Positions 18,399 to 27,864 of a stretch of 64,000 nucleotides of DNA are shown here, piece after piece; position 1 is the first letter of the stretch; each line of letters opens with the position of its first letter. The translations under genes were made by a program, and so were the position numbers. The DNA lies in the IMG/VR virus record IMGVR_UViG_3300046474_000239, positions 40,449-104,448 of that record; one strand, 5' to 3'. The stretch comes from a virus. A model generated the notes under the pieces. The model was given only the letters and a program-made list of their open reading frames with translations, ran no database searches and was not told where the DNA came from.

Positions 18399-18804
18399 CT
18401 GGGACAAGACCCCAGCGGAACCGGTCAGGATCGTGGAGCCCGAGCGCCGGGCGGCGGTAGAGGATGAAGATGACGAGGAGGGAGGCGACCGCAGCTCCCG
18501 CGCCGCGTCAGGCCGAGTCGACTATCAGGCAGTATGCGAACGCTTCACAGCCGGTGTGACGAACCGGAAGACAGCCATCCGTGCAATGTGCGTCACCTGC
18601 ATGGGCGGCATGGTCTACGAGGTCGCCAAGTGCACCTCGAACACTTGCCCTCTGTTCGAGTACCGGATGGGTGAGAACCCGAACGACGCTCGCACCATTG
18701 CGGCGAAACTGAAACGCGAGGCCGAGGCAGCCGCCAAAGCCACACCAAAGGCAGCGTCCAAACCGCCAGCGGCGGGACGGACAACACGACGTACAAGAGG
18801 ATAA
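18367..18804 (+). CDS. Cys4 zinc-finger-like phage protein with Arg-rich termini
   Basis: AIRAMCVTC...C....CPLFEYRMG; AAGGAG RBS. Confidence 0.65.
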   Translation: MAVIRRQRTTDWDKTPAEPVRIVEPERRAAVEDEDDEEGGDRSSRAASGRVDYQAVCERFTAGVTNRKTAIRAMCVTCMGGMVYEVAKCTSNTCPLFEYRMGENPNDARTIAAKLKREAEAAAKATPKAASKPPAAGRTTRRTRG

Positions 18805-18808
18805 GGAA

Positions 18809-19474
18809 ATGGCACAAATTGTGGCGCTCCACTCACTGCCGAGAGCAGGAAAGGACACCTTGGCTGGGCTGCTGGTCGAGAAGTACGACTACACCCGCGT
18901 GGCGTTCGCGACGGCCCTTTACCGGGAGGTGAGTGAAGCCTTTGACGCGAGCGTTGAGCTACTTCAGTCGCATGATTGGAAGACCCGCCCCCAGAAGTCA
19001 CTTGCGTTGCTGAATTGCTCAGACCGCGACTTCGTCCGGGTGGCTCTAAGCCACGGCGTAGCCATCGGGGAGCCTCTCACCTCCCGCCAGGTACTTCAGT
19101 TCTGGGGCACGGAGTATCGCCGCCGCCAGGACAAGGAATACTGGATAGACCAGTTCGACGAGGAGCTGACTCGGCTGTACGAAGAAGGCAGACGCCTTTT
19201 CGTCGTGTCGGACACTCGCGCCTACAACGACGAGAGTGGGCAGCCGCTGTACAACGAAGCCGAGTACATCCTCCAGCGCTGCATCGAGCTGGGTGTCGGC
19301 TACGCCATGGTGGAGATCCTTCGGGAGGGGGTGGTACACACCGGCCACACCAGCGACGACCGCTTCCCGGACGACTTCATCACCAACACCGTACACAACA
19401 ACGGCGACCCTGTGGACATGCTGCCGCAGATCGCTCCCTTCATCGCAGGCACACCTGAGTACAACCCGGAGTAA
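18809..19474 (+). CDS. deoxynucleoside monophosphate kinase
   Basis: P-loop HSLPRAGKDT, FATALYREV, RQVLQFWGTEYRR. Confidence 0.85.
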   Translation: MAQIVALHSLPRAGKDTLAGLLVEKYDYTRVAFATALYREVSEAFDASVELLQSHDWKTRPQKSLALLNCSDRDFVRVALSHGVAIGEPLTSRQVLQFWGTEYRRRQDKEYWIDQFDEELTRLYEEGRRLFVVSDTRAYNDESGQPLYNEAEYILQRCIELGVGYAMVEILREGVVHTGHTSDDRFPDDFITNTVHNNGDPVDMLPQIAPFIAGTPEYNPE

Positions 19475-19480
19475 GAGCAC

Positions 19481-20356
19481 ATGAATATCCACTCGAAGAC
19501 CTTCTTCACTGGCGACACCCTGGAGCGCCTCGCGGGTGTATCGCGGATGATGGTGGAATTGCAGAATAAGCAAAACGTGATCGTGAACCCGCAGTGGCAC
19601 ACCGCAGGGTATCCGTTCATGCGGGCGGCCTGGACCGAAGCCAGCGAGGCAATGGGTCACACCACCTGGGAATGGTGGAAGAACCTGGACAACAACTACC
19701 ACGATGCGTTCCGTGAGGAGAAGGACATCGCAGAGTTCCACATGGAGCTGGTCGACGCCCTGCACTTCCTGATCAGTGACCACCTGCAAAGCTACATGCA
19801 CAGTGACCCGGTTCACCCCTTTGCCTTGAACAACGCCGCGCAAAGCCTGATGACCATGCTGGACAGAGGCTACGAGAAGCACGTCGATGATTCCTGGGTC
19901 GAGCGCTTCGCCCCGATGGACGAAACGCCATCCAAACTGGGCACCCCGGAGCAGACTCTGCGCCGCACTGAGGCACTCATCTCGGCTTGCCTGGATACCG
20001 ACACCCGGAGTGCCTTCGAGCTGCTGGTCGAGGTGGCAGAACACACCGAGCTGGGTCTGGTTGGCTTGATCGGGCGGTACTTCGCCAAGGCCACCTTGAA
20101 CCAGCACCGCTGGGCCAACGGCTACAAGGAAAAGACCTATATCAAGAACTGGGGTGACGGTAAGGAAGACAATACTTACCTGAACGAAATCGTCATCAAC
20201 CAGCTCGAAGGCTTGTCGCTGGAGGACCTGCTCGAAGCGTTGAACCTCGGCGTTTGGCAAGCAGAGCTGGCGGAAGAATTAAACGACCTGTATGACAACG
20301 TGAAACGGACTGGCCACGCCCACCACCGGGCGGTTATGGTGCGATCCCCGTCCTAG
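19481..20356 (+). CDS. dut: dimeric (all-alpha) dUTPase
   Basis: EASEAM...WEWWK, ELVDALHFLIS, K..LN..R...GYK...YIK.W...EDN. Confidence 0.85.
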   Translation: MNIHSKTFFTGDTLERLAGVSRMMVELQNKQNVIVNPQWHTAGYPFMRAAWTEASEAMGHTTWEWWKNLDNNYHDAFREEKDIAEFHMELVDALHFLISDHLQSYMHSDPVHPFALNNAAQSLMTMLDRGYEKHVDDSWVERFAPMDETPSKLGTPEQTLRRTEALISACLDTDTRSAFELLVEVAEHTELGLVGLIGRYFAKATLNQHRWANGYKEKTYIKNWGDGKEDNTYLNEIVINQLEGLSLEDLLEALNLGVWQAELAEELNDLYDNVKRTGHAHHRAVMVRSPS

Positions 20357-20359
20357 CCG

Positions 20360-20373
20360 TGCAATTGATTGCA
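20360..20373. repeat. 14-bp motif copy 8 (TGCAATTGATTGCA)
   Basis: exact, between dut stop and terminator. Confidence 0.95.
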
Positions 20374-20377
20374 CCAG

Positions 20378-20406
20378 ACCCCGCCTAACCAGCGGGGTTT
20401 TTCTTT
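20378..20406 (+). terminator. rho-independent terminator
   Basis: ACCCCGC-loop-GCGGGGT then TTTTCTTT. Confidence 0.8.
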
Positions 20407-20462
20407 GCCTGAAGATAAGTTTGTGTTGTAAGCTCGCGCCAGTTCGGTATGGGAGATGCAAG

Positions 20463-20822
20463 ATGAACGAGAACGAAGAAAGGACGCTCAAAGCAGAGGT
20501 CGTCCAGGTGTTCTCGGCAGATGATTTGATCGTTTTGGTGGACCTCGGCGTAGAGAACCTTTTCAAGAAACAGCGGGTTCGATTGCACGGAGTAGATGCC
20601 CCAAACGCGGTCAGGTCTGGACCCGAGACCACCGCTGGAAAATTACGCTCTTATGTCAAGTCGCTGTGCAAGGGCAAGACGCTGAGGTTGGAGATCAAAA
20701 GTCGCGGGGTCAGTAGCTGGGTGGTAGTTGCCTGGGTGATCAACGATGACGGTCTTGAAAAGAATCTGAACGAGGACCTGATGGCTCAGGGCTTCGCCTA
20801 CAAACGGGAGAACAGCGCATGA
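20463..20822 (+). CDS. thermonuclease (SNase)-fold protein, degenerate active site
   Basis: V..V.SADDL....DLG....QRVRLHGVDAP...LNEDLMAQGFA. Confidence 0.7.
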   Translation: MNENEERTLKAEVVQVFSADDLIVLVDLGVENLFKKQRVRLHGVDAPNAVRSGPETTAGKLRSYVKSLCKGKTLRLEIKSRGVSSWVVVAWVINDDGLEKNLNEDLMAQGFAYKRENSA

Positions 20823-22429
20823 GCACCCTCAGTTCCACTCGACGCATCACCCGGTCCCGTTTGCGCGGCAGCCCGGAGGTAGAGGCCAGGTCCACTATCA
20901 TCCAGGTTCAGCGGGCGGAGTCCGACACCTCCCAACAACTTGAGTACATCGACGAGTTCGCTCTGGCCTATGGCTCGGGTGACTTCATCCTCCCACCTCC
21001 CTATGCCATCCACCGCCTGTTCGAGGTAATCGAGAACTCGAACGCATTGCGTCCGTGCATTGACGCCTACGTGACCAACGTGGTCCGCCCAGGCTGGGAG
21101 ATCGCACCGATCCGCCGCGATGCAAAGATCAACGAAGGTGAGAAGGCCGAGACCCAGTCCTTTCTGGAGAACGCCAACGCCGAAGAAGATCTGCCGACCG
21201 TTATGGCCAAGGTGATCCGCGACCGCGAGTCGGTAGGCTTCGGCTTCCTGGAAGTGATCCGCGACGTGTCCAGCGAGCTGTCCCTCCTGCGCCACGCACC
21301 AGCGATCATCACCCGGCTGTGCCCGAAGCATAAGACTGAGGTCCTGGTCGAATACACCATCCCTCGTGGTCGCCGTGTCAGCACCGTGAAAGAGTTACGC
21401 AAGTTCCGCCGCTTCCAGCAGCGCGTTATGGGTGCGGTCGTGTACTTCAAAGAGTTCGGTGACCCTCGCGACATGAACCGGAAGACTGGCCTGTTCCCGG
21501 AAGACGCGGGCTATGAGCCAGGCAACAGTGCCACCGAGATCATCCACTTCAAGCTGCCGTCGAATGAACCCTACGGCGTGCCTCGGTGGATCAACCAGTT
21601 GCCTTCGATCATTGGCAGCCGGGAGTCGGAAGAAGTGAACATGCGCTACTTCCAGGACAACACCGTGCCACCGATGATGCTGACGGTCGCGGGCGGCAAG
21701 CTGACGAACCAGTCCTACAAAGAGCTGACCAACATGCTCTCCAAAGGCGACGTAGGTAAGAACCGCCAGAACCGCATCATGTTGGTGGAAGCAGTAGGCG
21801 TCAGCGACAGCATGGACGGCAACGGCACCCCGGTGCAGCTCAAAGTCGAGAAGCTGACCGACTCCCGCCAAAGCGATGCACTGTTCAAAGAGTACGACCA
21901 AGCCAACATGGCCAAAGTTCGGTCGGCCTGGCGTCTTGGTTCCGTCCTGGTCGGCATGGGCGCCGACGCTAACTATGCGAACTCCCAAGTGGCTGTAGCA
22001 CTCGCGGAGTCCCAAGTATTCGGCCCTGACCGGTCGGAGCTGGACGAGATCCTGAACAAGAAGGTCTTCATCGGTGCCAACGGCATGAAGATGAAGTCTG
22101 TCCGCATCGTCAGCCGCGTACCCGCGATCACCTCGCCGGAGACCACCATCAAGGCGTTGACCGCGCTGAACGTGATGGGCGCCGTGACCCCACGCACCGC
22201 AGTAGAGTCGGCGAACACCTTCCTGCAAGCCGAGCTGCCTGAGTACCCACAACCGGGCGAAGCAGGCTACCAAGAGTGGATGGACCAACCTCTCCAGTTG
22301 ACTACCGGGGCGGCCAAGACCCACGACGAACAGGCTGCCAAGGACCAGGAAGCGAAGGACCTCGAAGCCAGTGGCGACACGAGCCTCAAGCAGCCTGAAC
22401 ATGGCAAGGAAGGGGAGATTCTCAAATGA
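20819..22429 (+). CDS. portal protein
   Basis: 536 aa; G.GFLEVIRD, EIIHFK....YGVPRW, YFQDNTVPPMMLTV.GG; position. Confidence 0.9.
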   Translation: MSTLSSTRRITRSRLRGSPEVEARSTIIQVQRAESDTSQQLEYIDEFALAYGSGDFILPPPYAIHRLFEVIENSNALRPCIDAYVTNVVRPGWEIAPIRRDAKINEGEKAETQSFLENANAEEDLPTVMAKVIRDRESVGFGFLEVIRDVSSELSLLRHAPAIITRLCPKHKTEVLVEYTIPRGRRVSTVKELRKFRRFQQRVMGAVVYFKEFGDPRDMNRKTGLFPEDAGYEPGNSATEIIHFKLPSNEPYGVPRWINQLPSIIGSRESEEVNMRYFQDNTVPPMMLTVAGGKLTNQSYKELTNMLSKGDVGKNRQNRIMLVEAVGVSDSMDGNGTPVQLKVEKLTDSRQSDALFKEYDQANMAKVRSAWRLGSVLVGMGADANYANSQVAVALAESQVFGPDRSELDEILNKKVFIGANGMKMKSVRIVSRVPAITSPETTIKALTALNVMGAVTPRTAVESANTFLQAELPEYPQPGEAGYQEWMDQPLQLTTGAAKTHDEQAAKDQEAKDLEASGDTSLKQPEHGKEGEILK

Positions 22430-23031
22430 CCGCCCAAGTCCGCATCGTCCAGCGAGATGATCGGCAGTTCGAGCAGGTAGTATTGGCCGAGCTGCTGGTC
22501 CCCTACGTGCCGAACTCCTACGGTGATGTCTACACCCCGGAGGCCATCAAGGAGTTCTGCTACACCTTCAGCCAGAAAGGCTTTGGCCTGGACGTTGACC
22601 ACGACGGGGTGGACGTTGACGGTAAGCAGTACATCTTGGTCGAGAGCTTCATCGCCCGCTCCGGGGACCCAGACTTCATCGAAGGGTCCTGGGTTGTGGG
22701 AGCGAAGATCCTGGACGCAGCCCTGTGGCAGCGCATCCTGGACGGCGAGATCAACGGGTTCTCCTTCGAGGCCAGCGTGTTCATGATCCCGGTTAACCTG
22801 GAGTACGACACCGATACATGGATCGTCTCCGGGCTGACCGAACCTGATCCTTTTGATGGACATACACACACATATACGGTAGTTCTAGGACCCTTGAACG
22901 GAGTAATCTCTGGTGGTACAGGGGTAACGGACGGGCACTCGCACTCGATCACGGGCGCCACGGTGACCGGAGAAGCTGCCGGACACACTCACCGCTACCA
23001 AGTAATTGAGGACGAGGACGATGAGATCTAA
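22426..23031 (+). CDS. XkdF-like prohead serine protease domain with His-rich C-terminal repeats
   Basis: LVP...YGD....E.I, DVDHD, VESFIA, GSWVVG, W..I.DGEINGFS; GHTH/GHSH repeats. Confidence 0.8.
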   Translation: MTAQVRIVQRDDRQFEQVVLAELLVPYVPNSYGDVYTPEAIKEFCYTFSQKGFGLDVDHDGVDVDGKQYILVESFIARSGDPDFIEGSWVVGAKILDAALWQRILDGEINGFSFEASVFMIPVNLEYDTDTWIVSGLTEPDPFDGHTHTYTVVLGPLNGVISGGTGVTDGHSHSITGATVTGEAAGHTHRYQVIEDEDDEI

Positions 23032-24454
23032 ACGAATCAAGCGGAGCGCCACGGTGGAAGGAAACCTCGTCACCGTCGATGACCCAGCGTTCATTACCCT
23101 GGTGAAGAAACCAGCCAACCAAAGAGCTTTCGGGATTCTCCGATCCGCCCAAGAGGACGACAACGTGAGCAAACCAGCATCCAAGCGCGTACCGCGCACC
23201 CGGCGTAGCGAAGGCGCCGACAACCTCGTCCGCATCAGCCTCCCCGGTTCCCTGGATGAAGCTGGCGTGGCTGAGACTCTGGCCTCCTACGGCCTGGCCA
23301 ACTTCACCGTTACCCGCAGCGAGGATGACACCTCCTGGGTAGCCCAGAACCCAGGTGCAATCAATTGCACCGACGTGACCACGGTCAACCTGGCTGACGG
23401 CATCGTGGCGCAGATCAAGCGCACCGAAGAGACCGAACCAACCGAAGGTAAGACCAAGCTGACCGTCGTGACTCTGGAATTCGATGCAGGTTCCTTCCCT
23501 GACGCAGCCTCCTGCGCAGAATGGTGCCAGCGGAATTCTGTTGACTTCGATGAAAAAGCTCTGAACAATCCGTCTGGCAATCTTGTGTTGCAGCGGGCGG
23601 AGGTCCCTGAAGGCGAAGAAGTTCGCTTGATGGAGTTGGAAGGCGGTGTCACGGCGACGATCATTCGTTCGCAAGTTGGCGACATCCCGGACGGCTTCAT
23701 CGCAGTGATCAACGAGTATGCGTACGGTGGTTGGGGTTGGGGCCAACTGGACTTCAACGCGGCGATGGCAGATGAGTCAGTAACAGAAGCGCTGAACGAC
23801 GGGATGTGGATGCTGTCCGATTTGTTCCGCCAAATCCTGTTCTATAGCGAACTGCCGGTCGATGTGAAGAAGGACTTGGTAACCCGCGCCTGCGGTCAGT
23901 TTGCTGAATACGCGAACGGGCTGCTGGACTCCCTCCCACGCCAGCTACTGGTATCTGTTGCATCAATCCAGCGAAAAGAGAAGGAGCACGAAATGACTAC
24001 CGCAGCGAAGAAAGACGAAAAGCCGCTGGATGTGCAGCGCAGCGAACCAGTCGCCGCCCCTGCCCCTGGCACTCCTGAGTTCATCACCGCCGTCGCCGAA
24101 ACTGTTGCTACCGTTCTCGCCCAGCGCGAAGAAGCGGCCAAGAAAGCCGACGACGACCGCATCAAGCGCGAAGAAGACGAAGCAGCCGACAAGCTGAAAG
24201 GCGAAGAAGCTGTCATCGCCCGCCGCGCCGAGATCACCGAAGCGGTGACCCTGGCTACTGCTCCACTGATGGAAAAGATCACCAAGCTGGAAGGCACCAC
24301 CATCCTGCGCGGTGAAGGTGGCGAGCAACTCCCTGTTAAGCAGGAAGTGAAGCGCGGCACTGGCGACCTGTTCAAAGGCGTGTTTGGCACGGTCACCCGT
24401 ACCGAGCGTGCTGCTGACCCTGAAGATGGTGCCGAGACTGGCGCTGACCAATAA
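23021..24454 (+). CDS. head maturation/scaffold protein
   Basis: between protease and MCP; N-terminal ITLVKKPAN; charged helical C-terminus; internal RBS+ATG at 23993. Confidence 0.7.
   Translation: MRSKRIKRSATVEGNLVTVDDPAFITLVKKPANQRAFGILRSAQEDDNVSKPASKRVPRTRRSEGADNLVRISLPGSLDEAGVAETLASYGLANFTVTRSEDDTSWVAQNPGAINCTDVTTVNLADGIVAQIKRTEETEPTEGKTKLTVVTLEFDAGSFPDAASCAEWCQRNSVDFDEKALNNPSGNLVLQRAEVPEGEEVRLMELEGGVTATIIRSQVGDIPDGFIAVINEYAYGGWGWGQLDFNAAMADESVTEALNDGMWMLSDLFRQILFYSELPVDVKKDLVTRACGQFAEYANGLLDSLPRQLLVSVASIQRKEKEHEMTTAAKKDEKPLDVQRSEPVAAPAPGTPEFITAVAETVATVLAQREEAAKKADDDRIKREEDEAADKLKGEEAVIARRAEITEAVTLATAPLMEKITKLEGTTILRGEGGEQLPVKQEVKRGTGDLFKGVFGTVTRTERAADPEDGAETGADQ
23356..23369. repeat. 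14-bp motif copy 9 (TGCAATCAATTGCA)
   Basis: exact, intragenic (GAINC). Confidence 0.95.
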
Positions 24455-24501
24455 CCCGGCGCGAGCCACGTAACCAAATCCATGGATTCTAGGAGTCGAA
24501 A

Positions 24502-25527
24502 ATGACCACCTCCGCAAGCAATATCATTACTCGCGCCGACATCGCCCTGGCAGACTTCGCAGCCAACGGCGGCCTCCTGTTGCCCGAGCAAGCAAACCAG
24601 TTCATCGACTTCATCTACGATGAGCCGACCATCCTGAAACAGTCGCGCTTCATCCGCATGACTGGCCCTCAGAAGAAAATCAACCGCATGGGCTTCGGCT
24701 CTCGCATCCTGCGCGCTGCTCGCCAAACTGGCGGCGACCTGGACGCGGGTGGTAACGACCGCTACGTTCGCGCTGCGGATCGTGCCAAGCCGACCACCAG
24801 CCAGATCCAACTGAGCACCTCCGAAGTGATCGCGGAAGTTCGCATCCCTTACGAAGTGCTGGAAGACAACATCGAAGGCGAAAGCTTCGAAGCCCACGTT
24901 CTCCGCGCCATCGCTACCCGCGTAGCAATCGACCTGGAAGAACTGGCACTGTGGGGCGACACTGCGTCGGGTGATGCTTACCTGGCTCTGCAAAACGGCT
25001 GGATGAAGCGTGCCTCGGTACACGTTCTGGACAACCTGAACGCTGGCTTCACCCACGACACCGCCGCCGCCGCGCTGTTGCTGATGCCTCCGAAGTACCT
25101 GCGTAACCTGCCGCAAATGAAGGGCTTCGTTTCGCTGGCCAACCGCATCCGCTACGCTCAGTACCTGTCGGCTCGTGGCACTGCCCTGGGTGACGCTGCA
25201 CTGACCGGTAACGTACCGCTTCACGCGGCTGGTCTGGTCATCGAAGGCGCTGGCATGTTGGACGTACACGGCACCGGTAACCAGGGTCTGGTCACCATGC
25301 CTCAGAACTTGCTGTTCGGCATCCAGCGCGAAATCAGCATCGAGACCGACAAAGACATCCGCAGCCGCGAATACGTCATCGTCGTAACCGCTCGTGTTGC
25401 GCTGCAAGTCGACGACACCGACGCACTGGTCCGCCTGGATAACCTGGGTAACGCTGCTGATCGTTCGCTGCCGGTTCGTATCACCAACACCATCGCCGAT
25501 CCGGTCAACACCAACGAAGTGCCTTAA
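24502..25527 (+). CDS. major capsid protein (HK97 fold)
   Basis: GGLLLPEQANQFIDFI, IPYEVLEDNIEG, DLEELALWGD; strong codon bias; terminator follows. Confidence 0.9.
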   Translation: MTTSASNIITRADIALADFAANGGLLLPEQANQFIDFIYDEPTILKQSRFIRMTGPQKKINRMGFGSRILRAARQTGGDLDAGGNDRYVRAADRAKPTTSQIQLSTSEVIAEVRIPYEVLEDNIEGESFEAHVLRAIATRVAIDLEELALWGDTASGDAYLALQNGWMKRASVHVLDNLNAGFTHDTAAAALLLMPPKYLRNLPQMKGFVSLANRIRYAQYLSARGTALGDAALTGNVPLHAAGLVIEGAGMLDVHGTGNQGLVTMPQNLLFGIQREISIETDKDIRSREYVIVVTARVALQVDDTDALVRLDNLGNAADRSLPVRITNTIADPVNTNEVP

Positions 25528-25550
25528 TCGGCCTTCTTGGATCGACAAAG

Positions 25551-25573
25551 AAGGGGCCTCACGGCCCCTTTTT
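25551..25573 (+). terminator. rho-independent terminator after MCP
   Basis: AAGGGGCC-TCAC-GGCCCCTT-TTT. Confidence 0.8.
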
Positions 25574-25607
25574 CACTAGGAATGGAATAACCCCGAGGTA
25601 ACTACCC

Positions 25608-26192
25608 ATGAGCACTTTCCTCAAGTCTGTTCAGATCGAGAACATCTCTCTCCCCTCCCTTTTCGCTAACCCCGTCCGCAAGGGCGAGATCGTCGAAGTC
25701 CGCAGTGACGACGTGGCGACCACTCTGCTCACCCGCAGTCATTGGGAAGCAAAAGAAGAGGGCGGCGTGCCGGTAGAGTTGTTCCACTGGGAAAAGTCCA
25801 CTGCCAAAGAGTATAAGGCCCAGGAAGACGCCAAGGCCGAAGCGGTAGCAGGCCAGAGGCCGAACGTACGCACTGAGCCGGTGAAAGATGACACCAACGA
25901 ACAATCGAACGAACCCGAAGGCACCCACCCTCCGAAGGCAGCCGCTGCCGAGCAGGACGAGGAGCACGAGGAAGAAGAGGAAGATCCAGTCGATCCTCCT
26001 GCGGGCGGCGAGTCCGGTGACATTCGTATGACCGACCTGTCGGAAGACGGCGCTGGCAAGAACACCGAGACCACTGCACCGAAAGCCCCTGCTACACCAA
26101 AGGCGCCAAAGGCGGTCACCAAGCCAGCCGCAGCAAAAGCCCCGGCTAAGGCCCCTGCACGGCGAGCAGCACCGGTACAGCGCAAGAAGTGA
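25608..26192 (+). CDS. hypothetical virion-module protein with acidic and Ala/Lys/Pro tail
   Basis: GAGG RBS; low-complexity C-terminus. Confidence 0.6.
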   Translation: MSTFLKSVQIENISLPSLFANPVRKGEIVEVRSDDVATTLLTRSHWEAKEEGGVPVELFHWEKSTAKEYKAQEDAKAEAVAGQRPNVRTEPVKDDTNEQSNEPEGTHPPKAAAAEQDEEHEEEEEDPVDPPAGGESGDIRMTDLSEDGAGKNTETTAPKAPATPKAPKAVTKPAAAKAPAKAPARRAAPVQRKK

Positions 26193-26212
26193 TCTAACTG
26201 CCTGGAGGCTCT

Positions 26213-26848
26213 ATGTACATTCTCAATAACACCGAACTTACAAAGGGCACCTCGGCTGGTTCTAGTAACGCCTGCGGCGCGGGTACACCGGAACAGTTCG
26301 AGGACCTCCAGCGCACCATCCGTACCCGTGTGGAAGAAGCTCTCGGCATTGAAACCCTTGACCGGGTGGATTGCCGGGACACTTTCCAGATAACGGGCTG
26401 TGGCGCACAGGAATGCTTGCTGCGCACTACAAACGCATTCCTTACCATCGACACACCTGTGTTTCTCGACAGCGCGGGGGAAGTTCTGGAAATCACCCCT
26501 TCGCTAGTGGATCGGAAGTATGGCGTGATCACCGTAACGCTTGACCCTGGCACGTACACCGTCACGTACACCAGCGGGTTCCTCGCGGAGCCGGGATCGA
26601 ACGTCTACAAGTTTTTGCCGGACTGGGTGAAATCAATTGCACTGGCCACCGTGATCATGTGGCGGCGGTCGACCAACCTGGCGGCCACTGACAAGAACTC
26701 CTCGCACCAGGACTTGAACGCCTCGATTGTCCGGGAGCTGAATGCCCGGATCTTCAACCGCTACGACAGGCCTCGCTTCATGCACGAGTTCCCTGTGAAG
26801 TCGGAGCACCGGGCGGCTGGCACTACCGGAGACTGGAACGAATGGTAG
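26213..26848 (+). CDS. head-tail adaptor (putative)
   Basis: position; VTYTSGF....LPDWVK pattern typical of connector proteins. Confidence 0.6.
   Translation: MYILNNTELTKGTSAGSSNACGAGTPEQFEDLQRTIRTRVEEALGIETLDRVDCRDTFQITGCGAQECLLRTTNAFLTIDTPVFLDSAGEVLEITPSLVDRKYGVITVTLDPGTYTVTYTSGFLAEPGSNVYKFLPDWVKSIALATVIMWRRSTNLAATDKNSSHQDLNASIVRELNARIFNRYDRPRFMHEFPVKSEHRAAGTTGDWNEW
26628..26641. repeat. 14-bp motif variant copy 10 (TGAAATCAATTGCA)
   Basis: 1 mismatch, intragenic (VKSIA). Confidence 0.8.
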
Positions 26849-27327
26849 ATGACACGAAGTTCGTAAAGGGCGCGGCAAAACTGGGGCGAAGGATCGCCTC
26901 CATCCGTAGAGCCCTGAACCTCCCCGCCCTCACTGACGAGATCGGGGATTTGTTGTTAAAGCGGGTGCGGTCACGTTTCAGAGCCATGGTCGACCCAGAC
27001 GGAACACCCTGGGTAGATCTAGCCCCGGCAACCCTCCGACGCAAAGCCCAACTGGGGTACGGCGGGGAGCAGAAGCTGGTACGTAAGGGCTCCATGCGGG
27101 ACGCTATTCAAGTTATCAAGGGTGGGCTCGGGTCTACCTTCTTCAACACAGGGGCGGGGCTGCGGATCGGTATTCAAGATCCTGAGATAGCCGAGTACGC
27201 CAGGGTACAAAACAAGGGGCAACCTGGCCGGATCCCGGCGCGGCGGTTCTTGGGTATAGGCAGGCTGGATGTACGAGCCGTCGACTCCCTGCTGCGAAGG
27301 AAAGCCCAGCAACTGGAGAACGTGTAA
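26842..27327 (+). CDS. virion morphogenesis / tail completion protein
   Basis: RF....DPDGTPWVDL...TLRRK, EYARVQN.G, IPARRFLGI. Confidence 0.8.
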   Translation: MVDDTKFVKGAAKLGRRIASIRRALNLPALTDEIGDLLLKRVRSRFRAMVDPDGTPWVDLAPATLRRKAQLGYGGEQKLVRKGSMRDAIQVIKGGLGSTFFNTGAGLRIGIQDPEIAEYARVQNKGQPGRIPARRFLGIGRLDVRAVDSLLRRKAQQLENV

Positions 27328-27854
27328 TGGCTACCCAACTGCAAGACCGGCAAGACCTGCTGACCGTCCTGGAGAACGACCTGATCAACAAGGTCAAAGA
27401 AGCGGTCTGCAACGAGCAAATAGACGGGACCGTGCATGGCTGCTTCAGCCTGGACGACCTGGAGAAGAAGACAGGGGACTCCCTGTGCGGCGGTATCGCG
27501 TTCGGGATCGGCTACCAGGGTTGTGCACCAATCACCCCGGACAAGGCACAGTTAAACCCCCCGCAAGGCAACGCCGTGCAGATGGGCAACTTCATGTTTA
27601 TGGTTTTGGTTGCAGCCCCTGTGGACGCTTTTTGTTCACAAAGGCTGACAGCGACAACTCTTTTGACTATTCTGCGCCAAGGTATCCTCGGCAAACCGGT
27701 AGTAGCCGACAGAGTTTCGGGGCGGAATGAAGTTCAGCGGACCTGGACCTTTGTGCAGGAGAAGCCCGAACTGAGTGAATCGACAGAAACAATGCTGTAC
27801 TATACGCAGGTCTGGAGACTTGTGTTACCAATGAAAGGCAACTTTGCATCGTAG
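27327..27854 (+). CDS. tail terminator (putative)
   Basis: position immediately before tail tube gene. Confidence 0.5.
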   Translation: MATQLQDRQDLLTVLENDLINKVKEAVCNEQIDGTVHGCFSLDDLEKKTGDSLCGGIAFGIGYQGCAPITPDKAQLNPPQGNAVQMGNFMFMVLVAAPVDAFCSQRLTATTLLTILRQGILGKPVVADRVSGRNEVQRTWTFVQEKPELSESTETMLYYTQVWRLVLPMKGNFAS

Positions 27855-27864
27855 GAGAATCGCT

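Noticed and set aside
20405-20434. TTGCCT-18-TAAGCT as the structural operon promoter
   Set aside because: Plausible but weak, and overlaps the terminator U-tract; not enough support to list as a feature.
23896-25548. Long minus-strand ORFs (550 aa here; also 10131..11171, 19046..20260, 21395..22402, 30028..31044, 35880..37127, 49103..50344)
   Set aside because: These are antisense shadows of strongly codon-biased GC-rich plus-strand genes, with no recognisable motifs.
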